Below, one piece after another: positions 19,637 through 28,137 of a stretch of 64,000 bases of DNA. A model generated the notes under the pieces. It saw only the letters and a program-made list of their open reading frames with translations. It was not told the origin of the DNA and did not search any database. Location of the stretch: positions 1 through 64,000 of the forward strand of contig JBOEGF010000006.1 in NCBI GenBank assembly GCA_050633305.1, given 5' to 3'. Numbering within the stretch: position 1 is the first letter of the stretch; each line of letters begins with the position of its first letter. The DNA comes from Nannocystales bacterium (lineage in GTDB: Bacteria; Myxococcota_A; Polyangia; Nannocystales; Nannocystaceae). The translations under genes and the position numbers were made by a program.

Positions 19637-22096
19637 TCAAGGGCGTGGATATGTGCCAGCGCCCGGGTTGAAAACACGCTGCACGGCCAGCACGCCCTCG
19701 GTCGACCGCAATGCCGTCAGCAGCGACTGGAGCTGCTTGAGGGAGGACACAGACGCATGAAACGTGTTGATCGCGCGTTCCCCGTCCCCGTACGCCCGGC
19801 AGTTGGCTTGCTTGATGTTGACCCCATAGTGGGAGAAGACCCGGCTCATCTCCGCCAGGAGCCCCACGGTGTTGCCCGTCCTGACCTCGACGGTGACCGG
19901 ACAGGACAGCTCGATATCGGAGGACCACGCAAGGTGGACCCGGCGTGCGCTGAGTTGCTCGAGCGCGTCCGGACACCCCTGAACATGTGCCGTCACGCCG
20001 CGACCTGGTTCGAAGAATCCCAGCAGAGGGTCGCCTGGGACCGGTGAACAGCACGGCGCCAGCTGCACGAGGGCGTCAGATCCCTCCACAAGTTCCTTGG
20101 TAAGCACGATCGGAAGCGAGGCCTCTGCCCCCTGCCCGCTCGCTGTCCCTCCTGCGGGTGCGGACGCTGGGCCCCGCACCCGGCGAATTACCCGACCCAA
20201 CAGGCCCTCGGCTTCAGAACCGCGGCAGACACGATCCGCGACGGCGGTCGCCGCGACCTGCCCCGCTCCCACCGCCTCCAGGACGCCGCTCTCATCGACA
20301 TCGGGGCTCAAGCCGAGGCTTTCGGCGTACTCGCCGAGTTTGTTTTCCTCAGTGGGCCCAAGCGCTCCCCCTCGCGAGGCGACTTCCTGCTCGACGAGGC
20401 TTCGGCCCAAGGAGCGTAGGCGCGCTCGTTCCCGCTGTCGCAGCACGTGTTTGATGCGAGCCCGGGCCCGGGAACTCACGCACATCTTGAGCCACTCCTC
20501 GCGGGGCGCGACGTCCGGGTTCGTCAGGATTTCGACGGTGTCCCCTTGCCGCAACCGGTACCGAAGGGGAACGAGGTGGCCGTTGACCCGCGCACCCGAG
20601 CACTGCATCCCGACATCGGTGTGAATCGCGAACGCAAAGTCGATCGGTGTTCCACCCTTGGGGAACGTGAAGATGTCGCCGCCGGGTGAGAAGACATAGA
20701 CCTCATCCGCGTAGAGGTCTGCCTTGACCGCTTCGATGAACTCGTGGGGATCGTCGACGTCCTTTTGCCAATCCATCAGCTGGCCGAGCCAAGCGAGTCG
20801 GCGGCCGTCGGTCGGGCCATCGCCCCACTGGGCCACGATGCCGCGCTCGGCGACCGCGTCCATTCCCTCGGAGCGAACCTGGACTTCGAGGCGCTGGCCG
20901 TTGCGATCGATCACCGAGGTATGGAGCGCCTGATACCGGTTGGGCCGCGGAAGCGCGATGTAGTCGCGAAAGCGGCCCGGCACAGGTTGAAGCACGGCAT
21001 GCAACTGCCCCAGCGCCGCGTAGCAGGCTTCGCGATCGCGGACGACCACCTGAAACGTCGACACATCCGAGAGCTGTGAGGGTTTGCGACCACCGCCGGC
21101 CATCCGTCGCTGGAGTCGAAACATCGGGCGCAGCGTGGCCCGCAGTCGAACGTCGCCATACACGTCGGCGCGCCACGACACCGCCGCTTCCAGGGGATCG
21201 TTGGACGAGTCGGGCTGCGCTACGGAGGGGTCGAACACCGACTCGAGCCGCTCGATGCCGTCCTCGACCACCCCCGGATTGGCCCCCAGGAACTGATAGA
21301 CCTGCTGGCGGATGGTCGAGTACGCCGGCGGCTCCAGGTAAGAGAAGGAGAGGTCCTGAAGCTCCCGGCGCACCCACTCGATGCCCAGACGGCCCGAGAG
21401 CGGGGCGTAGATCTGCATCGTCTCGGTGCTGATTCGATGCTGCTTGTCCGCGGGCATGTGGCCCAGCGTGCGCATGTTGTCCAAGCGATCGATCAGCTTG
21501 ACCAGCAGGACCCGAATGTCCTCGGACATCGCCAGCAGCATCTTGCGGAAGCTCTCCGCCTGCTGTTCCTGACGGGAGAGGTACGGCACTTTGCCGAGTT
21601 TCGTGACCCCGTCCACGATGCTCGCGACCTCTCGGCCGAAGGCCTCGTGCACGTCGAACACGGTGAGCTCCGAATCCTCCACCGCATCGTGCAGCAGCCC
21701 CGCAGCAATGCTCGTCGCGTCCAGTCCGAGCTGCGCCAGCATGGTGGCGACCCGGACCGGGTGGACGAAGTACGGCTCGCCACTCTTGCGGCGCTGCTTG
21801 CTGTGCGCTCGGCCGGCGGATTCGAACGCTCGCTCCAGCGTGCCCACGTCGGTCTCGAGCACGGTGCCCTCGGCACGCGGATGGTGAGACCGGTAGGCCT
21901 CGACGATCCGGGCCAGCGCGGCGCCATTGCCCAGGTCCGATTCGGAGACCTCGATCGCCGCAGGGCCCAAGGGGGTGATCGACGATGCAACGGGGTACGG
22001 GCCCGAGTCCCCCGCCACCCGCGCGGGACCAGACCCTGCGCGTGCGACCGGTTGCGGCCCCGAATCAGGGCGTTGCGTACCGGCGGCGTCGACCAT
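19637..22096 (-). CDS. Long RelA/SpoT homologue (HD-SYNTH-TGS-ZFD-ACT)
   Basis: RKSGEPYFVHP, LLHDAVED, KLIDRLDNMRTL, DYIALP, TPIDFAFAIHT, APCCSPVPGD and a C-terminal ACT domain. Confidence 0.93.
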   Translation of the reverse strand: MVDAAGTQRPDSGPQPVARAGSGPARVAGDSGPYPVASSITPLGPAAIEVSESDLGNGAALARIVEAYRSHHPRAEGTVLETDVGTLERAFESAGRAHSKQRRKSGEPYFVHPVRVATMLAQLGLDATSIAAGLLHDAVEDSELTVFDVHEAFGREVASIVDGVTKLGKVPYLSRQEQQAESFRKMLLAMSEDIRVLLVKLIDRLDNMRTLGHMPADKQHRISTETMQIYAPLSGRLGIEWVRRELQDLSFSYLEPPAYSTIRQQVYQFLGANPGVVEDGIERLESVFDPSVAQPDSSNDPLEAAVSWRADVYGDVRLRATLRPMFRLQRRMAGGGRKPSQLSDVSTFQVVVRDREACYAALGQLHAVLQPVPGRFRDYIALPRPNRYQALHTSVIDRNGQRLEVQVRSEGMDAVAERGIVAQWGDGPTDGRRLAWLGQLMDWQKDVDDPHEFIEAVKADLYADEVYVFSPGGDIFTFPKGGTPIDFAFAIHTDVGMQCSGARVNGHLVPLRYRLRQGDTVEILTNPDVAPREEWLKMCVSSRARARIKHVLRQRERARLRSLGRSLVEQEVASRGGALGPTEENKLGEYAESLGLSPDVDESGVLEAVGAGQVAATAVADRVCRGSEAEGLLGRVIRRVRGPASAPAGGTASGQGAEASLPIVLTKELVEGSDALVQLAPCCSPVPGDPLLGFFEPGRGVTAHVQGCPDALEQLSARRVHLAWSSDIELSCPVTVEVRTGNTVGLLAEMSRVFSHYGVNIKQANCRAYGDGERAINTFHASVSSLKQLQSLLTALRSTEGVLAVQRVFNPGAGTYPRP

Positions 22097-22325
22097 ACCG
22101 ATCGCAATACCCCTCCTGCCGACCGGCGTGCAAGCCGGCGTCGTTCTCAACGCCTGCAAACCGCCGCGCCACAGGGCGAGGCCCCAACCCAAGCCCTCGC
22201 ACAGTGAGGCTCACATCGCCGCTACCGAGTCGTGCGCCGGACTTCCCGCCGCCGCGGACACGGTGCACGCATCGGCAGCCGCGCGCGCCAGGCCCCTGGC
22301 CTGGTGTTCACTCCCGGGCGCCGGG

Positions 22326-22961
22326 CTACAGCAGTGACTCTTGGCCCGAGATCACGGCATCCGCGATGGACGCCTGACGTGATCGGGCGTGCAGATGAGC
22401 GAGGTAAACCGAGCGAAGTGCGTCGTAGGCCTGCTCGAGTTCCTCGTTCATGATCAGGAAGTCGTACTCGGCGTAATGCTTGAGTTCCTCCCGGGCAACG
22501 CGGACGCGGCGGGCGATGACATCCTCGGAGTCGGTGTTCCGTGAACGGAGTCGACGCTCGAGTTCCCGAATGCTGGGAGGGAGGATGAACACCGACACCA
22601 GGTCCTCGCGGAATTTCGAGCGGAGCTCGCGGCCCCCCTGGTAGTCGATGTCGAACAACAGGTCGCGACCGCTGTCGATGCTCTCGCGTACCCGCGAGGC
22701 GAGCGTGCCGTACATGTTGCCGTGCACCATCGCGTACTCGGCGAACTCGTCGCGCGAGACCATCTCCTGGAACTCCTCCTTCGGGGTGAAGGTGTACTCC
22801 ACGCCGTTGGTCTCCCCGGGCCGCGGTGGCCGGGTGGTGTGGGAGACGGAGAACTCCAGACGTCGGAACTCGTCACGCAAGCGGTTGCACAGAGTCGTCT
22901 TGCCGGCGCCCGAAGGCGACGACACCACCAATAGAAGTCCGCGGCGCGGGTCACTCGACAT
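22326..22961 (-). CDS. gmk: Guanylate kinase
   Basis: SSPSGAGKTT, SVSHTTRPPRPGE, HGNMYGT, DIDYQG, FILPPS. Confidence 0.95.
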   Translation of the reverse strand: MSSDPRRGLLLVVSSPSGAGKTTLCNRLRDEFRRLEFSVSHTTRPPRPGETNGVEYTFTPKEEFQEMVSRDEFAEYAMVHGNMYGTLASRVRESIDSGRDLLFDIDYQGGRELRSKFREDLVSVFILPPSIRELERRLRSRNTDSEDVIARRVRVAREELKHYAEYDFLIMNEELEQAYDALRSVYLAHLHARSRQASIADAVISGQESLL

Positions 22962-23886
22962 TTTGAACCTGCTCTCGAATCCGTTCGATGATCGCTTTGC
23001 CTTCGATCACGATCCGGCTTCCGTCGTGAGAGGTAAGCTTACTGCCCATCGTGGTGAACTCGCGATGGAGCTCCTGTGTGAGGAAGTCCAGGGTCTTGCC
23101 CTGACCGACCGACGCGGGAGCATCGAGCGCGCTGGTCATCTGTCCAAGGTGCGAATCGATGCGGGCCAGTTCCTCCGCGACATCCCCGCGGGCCAGCACC
23201 ACGGCCACCTCCTGCGCGACCCGGCTCGGCTCCAGCGCGGGGGCACCGGCTCGGGCGGTCAGCTCAGCCAGTCGCGCCGTCACCCGCGCCTGCACCCGCT
23301 CCGCCTCCGGCGGAAGAAGCTCGGTCAGCGTGCTCGTCGCGGCGGCGAGCTGCGCGGCGAGTTCACGCAGCGTCTGCTCCAGCGCTGTTCCCTCCGTGGC
23401 TCGGAAGCCCGCGAGTTCCTCCAACGCCCCGTCAATCAGAGCCTCGACGAACGGTGGCACCTCCGGCTTCTCGTCCGAAGGGGCTGCTTTGAGCCCGCCG
23501 CAAAAGCGAAGCACTTCCAGGGATGTAGGAGCCAAGACCTCGAGGCCTGCCTCAATCGCGATCCGACGGGTTTCGGCCGCGGCGGCCGCCACTGCCGCGA
23601 CCTTCTGCGGGTCCAAGCCCAGCCCTGCCAGCGGGTCGTTCTCGGGGGTCGTCGCCGCATCCCTGCGGACATAGACGGACACCTCGACCCGGCCTCGCCC
23701 GACGTGACGCTCGACGACCGCCCGAAGCTTGGGCTCCAACGATGCGCCGAACGGCTGGCGCAACTTGATCTCCAGGAAGCGGCCGTTGACCGAGCGCGCT
23801 TCCACATCGACGCGTACGCGGCCGCGGCCTGGGGAGTCCCACGCCTGCGAGGCCGCGCCGTAGCCGGTCATGCTCACGACGGTCAC
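22951..23886 (-). CDS. yicC: YicC/YloC family endoribonuclease
   Basis: SMTGYG, RSVNGRFLE, DVAEELARI, LDFLTQELHREFTTMGSK, IREQVQNVE; upstream of gmk. Confidence 0.9.
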   Translation of the reverse strand: MTVVSMTGYGAASQAWDSPGRGRVRVDVEARSVNGRFLEIKLRQPFGASLEPKLRAVVERHVGRGRVEVSVYVRRDAATTPENDPLAGLGLDPQKVAAVAAAAAETRRIAIEAGLEVLAPTSLEVLRFCGGLKAAPSDEKPEVPPFVEALIDGALEELAGFRATEGTALEQTLRELAAQLAAATSTLTELLPPEAERVQARVTARLAELTARAGAPALEPSRVAQEVAVVLARGDVAEELARIDSHLGQMTSALDAPASVGQGKTLDFLTQELHREFTTMGSKLTSHDGSRIVIEGKAIIERIREQVQNVE

Positions 23887-23951
23887 ACCCACCGCATACC
23901 GCCCGGAGGCGACCCGCCGCAAGGCCCGCTCGACTGGTATGCTCCGCGCCG

Positions 23952-24731
23952 ATGTGCGCAGCCCGCTCGCGCTGGCGCGGCCAAACCCGCGCTGTTTCCC
24001 TGCCCACGCTTGTTTCAGCCGCTCTGCTGACCGTGGTCCCAGGTCCCGCGCGCGCCGCAGAACCCCCATCTGTGCCGGCCGCACAGTCCCCCTCCCCGCG
24101 GGGAGATCCCCCGGAGACGCAGGACCCCGACGGTCCACCGGACGGGCGCGCGTTTGCGCTCGGCGTGGAGGGTTCCATCATCACCACGCCCCCGCTCCGA
24201 CCGCGTGTCGTCCACGTCGACCCCCGCTTCGTCGGCCGCTCCACCGCGCTGGGCGGACTGGGCGTGTTCGGTCGCTACCGCCCGCTGTCCTTCATCGGCT
24301 TCGACGCAAACATCCGCACCGGGTCCCTGCGGCTACGCGCCGAAGAAGGCGACACGACAATCTCGACCGACCAGGTCTTGGCCGACATCGGTACGCTGCT
24401 GTACCTCGGGCGCGGTGAGGTCAGCCAGTTTGCGTTCAGCGGCGGCGTGGGAGGGCTGTTCCACCGTGTCCGCTACGACCTCGACTCCGGCATCCGAGGC
24501 ACGCAGTCCTTCGGTGCCTTCACGATGCGCGTCGGAGCCGAGGCCGAGTTCCTCGTCAACCGCATCGCGTTCGTCCTGTCGTTCCGAACCTACGGTGTCG
24601 TGACCCCGCGCTCGCACGCCCGCACGTCCGGCGCCCTGTTCGAGGGCCGCAGCGCCGCGGACAAGGCGGCCCCGGTCGCGACCTTCTCGACCTACCTCGC
24701 CGGCTCGGCCGGCATCGCGTATCGGTTCTGA
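23952..24731 (+). CDS. Small outer-membrane beta-barrel protein
   Basis: Signal peptide ending ARA; amphipathic strands; C-terminal GIAYRF. Confidence 0.65.
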   Translation: MCAARSRWRGQTRAVSLPTLVSAALLTVVPGPARAAEPPSVPAAQSPSPRGDPPETQDPDGPPDGRAFALGVEGSIITTPPLRPRVVHVDPRFVGRSTALGGLGVFGRYRPLSFIGFDANIRTGSLRLRAEEGDTTISTDQVLADIGTLLYLGRGEVSQFAFSGGVGGLFHRVRYDLDSGIRGTQSFGAFTMRVGAEAEFLVNRIAFVLSFRTYGVVTPRSHARTSGALFEGRSAADKAAPVATFSTYLAGSAGIAYRF

Positions 24732-25071
24732 TTTAGGGGAACCTCTCGGTTCCCGACGTCTGCGGGAGCAAAGCTCCCTCCGCGCCTCCCTCCAAGGTCG
24801 CCCTTACGGCCTCGCTCGCGGTTCTTACAGAACCGCTCCTGCTTGCACGAGGCGGGGCTGAGATCCGGACGACAGGGCGTACGCCAGGGGGGAAGCGTAG
24901 GGAAGCTTTGCCGGCCGCAGCGGCGGGGGACTGCGAAGTCCCCCTACAAACGAAGCACGCGGCCGAGGGGGCGCGCGAGCAAGCCCGACAGGGCGTACGC
25001 CAGGGGGGAAGCGTAGGGCGGCTTTGCCGGCCGCAGCGGCGGGGGACTGCGAAGTCCCCCTACAAACGAAG
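24732..25071. repeat. Palindromic intergenic repeat cluster (REP/BIME/MITE-like)
   Basis: 86-bp direct repeat at 24870-24955 and 24986-25071 (2 mismatches), each with a gggggact-gcga-agtccccc hairpin; diverged inverted relative at about 24732-24805. Confidence 0.8.
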
Positions 25072-25318
25072 GACTACTTCGCTTCGGCGTCGAACTTCGC
25101 GAGAAGCGTGTCGATGCCGCGGTAGCGGACGGTCTGCTCGGGGCTGTCGTCTTGGGACATGCCCGGCTGTTGACCGATCGTGGGGGTGTTCAGAAGGGTG
25201 ACCAACATGATCCAGATGTGCATCTCTCGTCTTTCCTGTGGCGTGTGGGTTTCGCTCCCCCAACCTGCCGCAGGACCTCGGCGATGCAAAAAAAGCCGCG
25301 GAACGCAAACGAACGAGC

Positions 25319-27097
25319 CTATTGGCCCGCAAGCCAGGATCGCTCAGCTCCCAGGCGCAGTTCAGACAACATCGGCTTGTCATCCACGAAGCGGAGCGCA
25401 CCCACGCGGTTGCTCACAACCATCACCTCGGTCGGCGCGTGCAGCAGACTGATCGGGCGCAACTCCTCCATGCGACGCGCCACACTCGTCTTCGCGGCCT
25501 GACGCTCCTCGCGAGTTTGCGCGACCCGGTAGGACTCCAGCGCGGCATCGAGCGCGGCATCAGCCACCCCTGTGATGTTGTGCGCACCCCGGCTGTGCAA
25601 CAGCGGGTAGAGGTCGTGGTCCGAATGTGTGACCCAACGGACCAACGCCATGTCGAACTCGCCGCGGCGCATGAGTCCGAAGAGGTAGGACCAGCCCGCG
25701 GTGGCGTACGGCACCTGAACACCCAAACCGCGCCACGCTTCTTTGAGCCGGGTCGCCAACGTCCGGGCGTTCGCCCCCTCCCCGTTCCACATGAGCACGA
25801 GCCGGAGGTTTCCGGTCGCTTTCCGACGGACGCCGCGTTCGAGGGTCCATCCCAGGGTGTCCAGCAGCGCCGCAGCGGACTCCGCATTCGCCTCGTCGTC
25901 CGAGACACCTCGCTCGGGAAGCCCCGCCATCCCCCACGTCACCGACACTCCGGCCTCGGCAAGTGCCGCCAGATCAAGGGGCACCGGGTCCTGCAGGTCG
26001 ACGACCGTGGCGGCCCTCGCCGGCGGCATTCCACCGGGACTCAGCGTTCCGCGGGGGATGCCCAGGTCGAGCGCCTCCCGGAGCCGAGGGCCTGCCTGCG
26101 CACCGTGCCGGAGGTTGTAGAGCACCACGTCAAAATGCGGCGGAGACAGGACCCAAGCCGAGAAACGGGGTGCCATGCCAGGCTTGGCCAGCTCATCGGG
26201 GACGTGGCTTGGCGAGACGGCCGCCAAGACATGGAGGTCACCGCGGCGTAGCTGGCTGAGCCCGGCCGCACCATCGGAGACCTCTCGCAGCTCCAGCCTC
26301 ATGACAACGCCTGGGCCCTCCGCAGCCTCGACCCGCTGGAAGACGACGCGGTCATCCTCCACCGCGACGAGCCGCATGGGACCCGTGCCGACAGGGTCCG
26401 CACCAAACGCGCGCCCCTTGCCCCGGCGCTTCTTCCGGGGAACGATCTTCATCGAAGCGACGCGCTCCAGCGCGAGCGGCTCCGGCCGATCGAAACCGAT
26501 ACGAACCCAGCGACCCGGATCCCGGAGTTCAGGGGCGCCGAAGGGTCGGTCGACCACCTCCACGGCCCTGAGTTCGTCCAACCCGTGCTGGAGGCGCAGC
26601 GTCGCCCGCCTGGGATCCAGCCAGTACTCTAGGCTGAACACGACATCCTCGACCTCGACGGTCTCCCCATCATGGAAGGTCGCCCCCGGCGGCAAGTGGC
26701 AGTAGACATCGCGAGCCGGACCGGTTGGCGGGTCCACGACACAGGTGTCCGCCAATCCAGGCTCCGCAAATGGAGCGCGCTCCGGCGTCCGCCGCGTGAG
26801 GCCCTCGAACAGGAGGTCGTCGATGACCCGGCGCGCCCAGGGCTGCTGGTCGGTCAGCGGGTCGAACGTCCGCGGGATCGATCGCAACCCGATCACCAGG
26901 GTCTGCTCCGCGGCACGACCAGCCTCCCCCACCCGTGCCTGCTCCTTGGCGAGCATTGCGTCGGCTGCGGCACGGGGATCGGCCACCGTGTCGGTCTCTC
27001 CCTCGTCTAGGGTCGGGCCGCCGCCGCAGGCAGACAACGCAAGCGCCAACGACGCGAGTCGCCGACAGCCGGCAGCGAGGGAGCGCGGGAGGGGCAT
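25319..27097 (-). CDS. ABC transporter substrate-binding lipoprotein, family 5 (OppA/DppA-like)
   Basis: Lipobox LSAC; LLFEGL, TFHDG...DVVFS, PVGTGPM, GEFDMAL. Confidence 0.8.
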   Translation of the reverse strand: MPLPRSLAAGCRRLASLALALSACGGGPTLDEGETDTVADPRAAADAMLAKEQARVGEAGRAAEQTLVIGLRSIPRTFDPLTDQQPWARRVIDDLLFEGLTRRTPERAPFAEPGLADTCVVDPPTGPARDVYCHLPPGATFHDGETVEVEDVVFSLEYWLDPRRATLRLQHGLDELRAVEVVDRPFGAPELRDPGRWVRIGFDRPEPLALERVASMKIVPRKKRRGKGRAFGADPVGTGPMRLVAVEDDRVVFQRVEAAEGPGVVMRLELREVSDGAAGLSQLRRGDLHVLAAVSPSHVPDELAKPGMAPRFSAWVLSPPHFDVVLYNLRHGAQAGPRLREALDLGIPRGTLSPGGMPPARAATVVDLQDPVPLDLAALAEAGVSVTWGMAGLPERGVSDDEANAESAAALLDTLGWTLERGVRRKATGNLRLVLMWNGEGANARTLATRLKEAWRGLGVQVPYATAGWSYLFGLMRRGEFDMALVRWVTHSDHDLYPLLHSRGAHNITGVADAALDAALESYRVAQTREERQAAKTSVARRMEELRPISLLHAPTEVMVVSNRVGALRFVDDKPMLSELRLGAERSWLAGQ

Positions 27098-27252
27098 CGC
27101 CGGAGCTTTGTAGCAGCCGCCGCGTCGCCTCGCGATTGCTAGATCGCCATCACAGCCACGTGCGTACGCTTGATCGACGGCGAGCGCGCATGATACGACC
27201 CTCCTCGGTTGAACCTAGACCGACCCGCGCGGTCCGTCCCCCCCATTCAGGC

Positions 27253-28002
27253 ATGTCCACCGCTCGAGCATCCTCCGCCGCCGTTCTGTCCCGCATCGGT
27301 TTCCTTGCGCTCCCGCTGCTTCTCGTCGCGCCCGGAGTCGGCTGCGACAAAGAGGAGAAGCCGGCTGGCCAGGAGGAGAAGAAAGAAGCGGCCGCGCCCA
27401 AGATCAAGGTGGAGCTTCCGCCTTCGCCCGACTTCGACGAAGGCAAGGTCGACCTCACCTACCCGGACGGCTCCGTCTCCATCTACGGCCTGCGCACCGA
27501 GATCGACGAGAACGTCAAGAAAGGCGACGCCGGGACCGAGGTGATGGTCAAGGGCTACGTCCAAGAGATCTACGTCGCGCCCGAGTGTCCCGAAGGCGAG
27601 ATTTGCCCGCCGCCCAAGCAGCCGCACATCTGGATCACCGACAAGCCAGATCAACTCGGCAAGAAGCGCGCGATGATGGTCGTGAACTACCGCTTCAGCA
27701 TCCCCGAGTGGGACGCAAAGCGGTGGAAAGAGCAACCCGACGTCATCTTTGAAAAGGGCAAGCAATACAGCTTCAAGGGCAAGTTCAAGCGCTTCAGCGA
27801 CACCGGCTTCGCCTTCGACCGTGGCCTGCTCGAGTTCGTGGCCTACAAGGCCCACGACCCGGAGACCGGTGCCGAGCTCGACCAGTGGGTCTACCCCCCC
27901 GGCGCTCCCTGGCACCCGCTCGAAGTCCAGCGTCAGGACGAAGAGAATGCCGAGCTGGCCGCGAAGGCCAAAGCCGCGCTCGAGAAGAAAAAGGGCGGCT
28001 GA
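27253..28002 (+). CDS. Hypothetical lipoprotein
   Basis: Lipobox GVGC; strongly G/C-ending codons; followed by a clear terminator. Confidence 0.75.
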   Translation: MSTARASSAAVLSRIGFLALPLLLVAPGVGCDKEEKPAGQEEKKEAAAPKIKVELPPSPDFDEGKVDLTYPDGSVSIYGLRTEIDENVKKGDAGTEVMVKGYVQEIYVAPECPEGEICPPPKQPHIWITDKPDQLGKKRAMMVVNYRFSIPEWDAKRWKEQPDVIFEKGKQYSFKGKFKRFSDTGFAFDRGLLEFVAYKAHDPETGAELDQWVYPPGAPWHPLEVQRQDEENAELAAKAKAALEKKKGG

Positions 28003-28022
28003 GCCCACCGTCCCACCGTAGG

Positions 28023-28058
28023 AAAGCCCCGTGCCGTCGACCGGCTCGGGGCTTTTTT
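28023..28058 (+). terminator. Intrinsic terminator
   Basis: aaagccccg...cggggcttttttc stem with T-tract right after the stop codon. Confidence 0.85.
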
Positions 28059-28137
28059 CGTGGGAACTCCGGTGTCGCGAGGGTCCGCCACAGCAGAGGC
28101 CCAATTGCAGGCGTTTGCCGTGGGCTGAGACGGTCTC

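Noticed and set aside
24870..25071. CRISPR array (repeat, 30-bp spacer, repeat)
   Set aside because: The repeat is 86 bp, there are only two direct copies and no cas genes are nearby.
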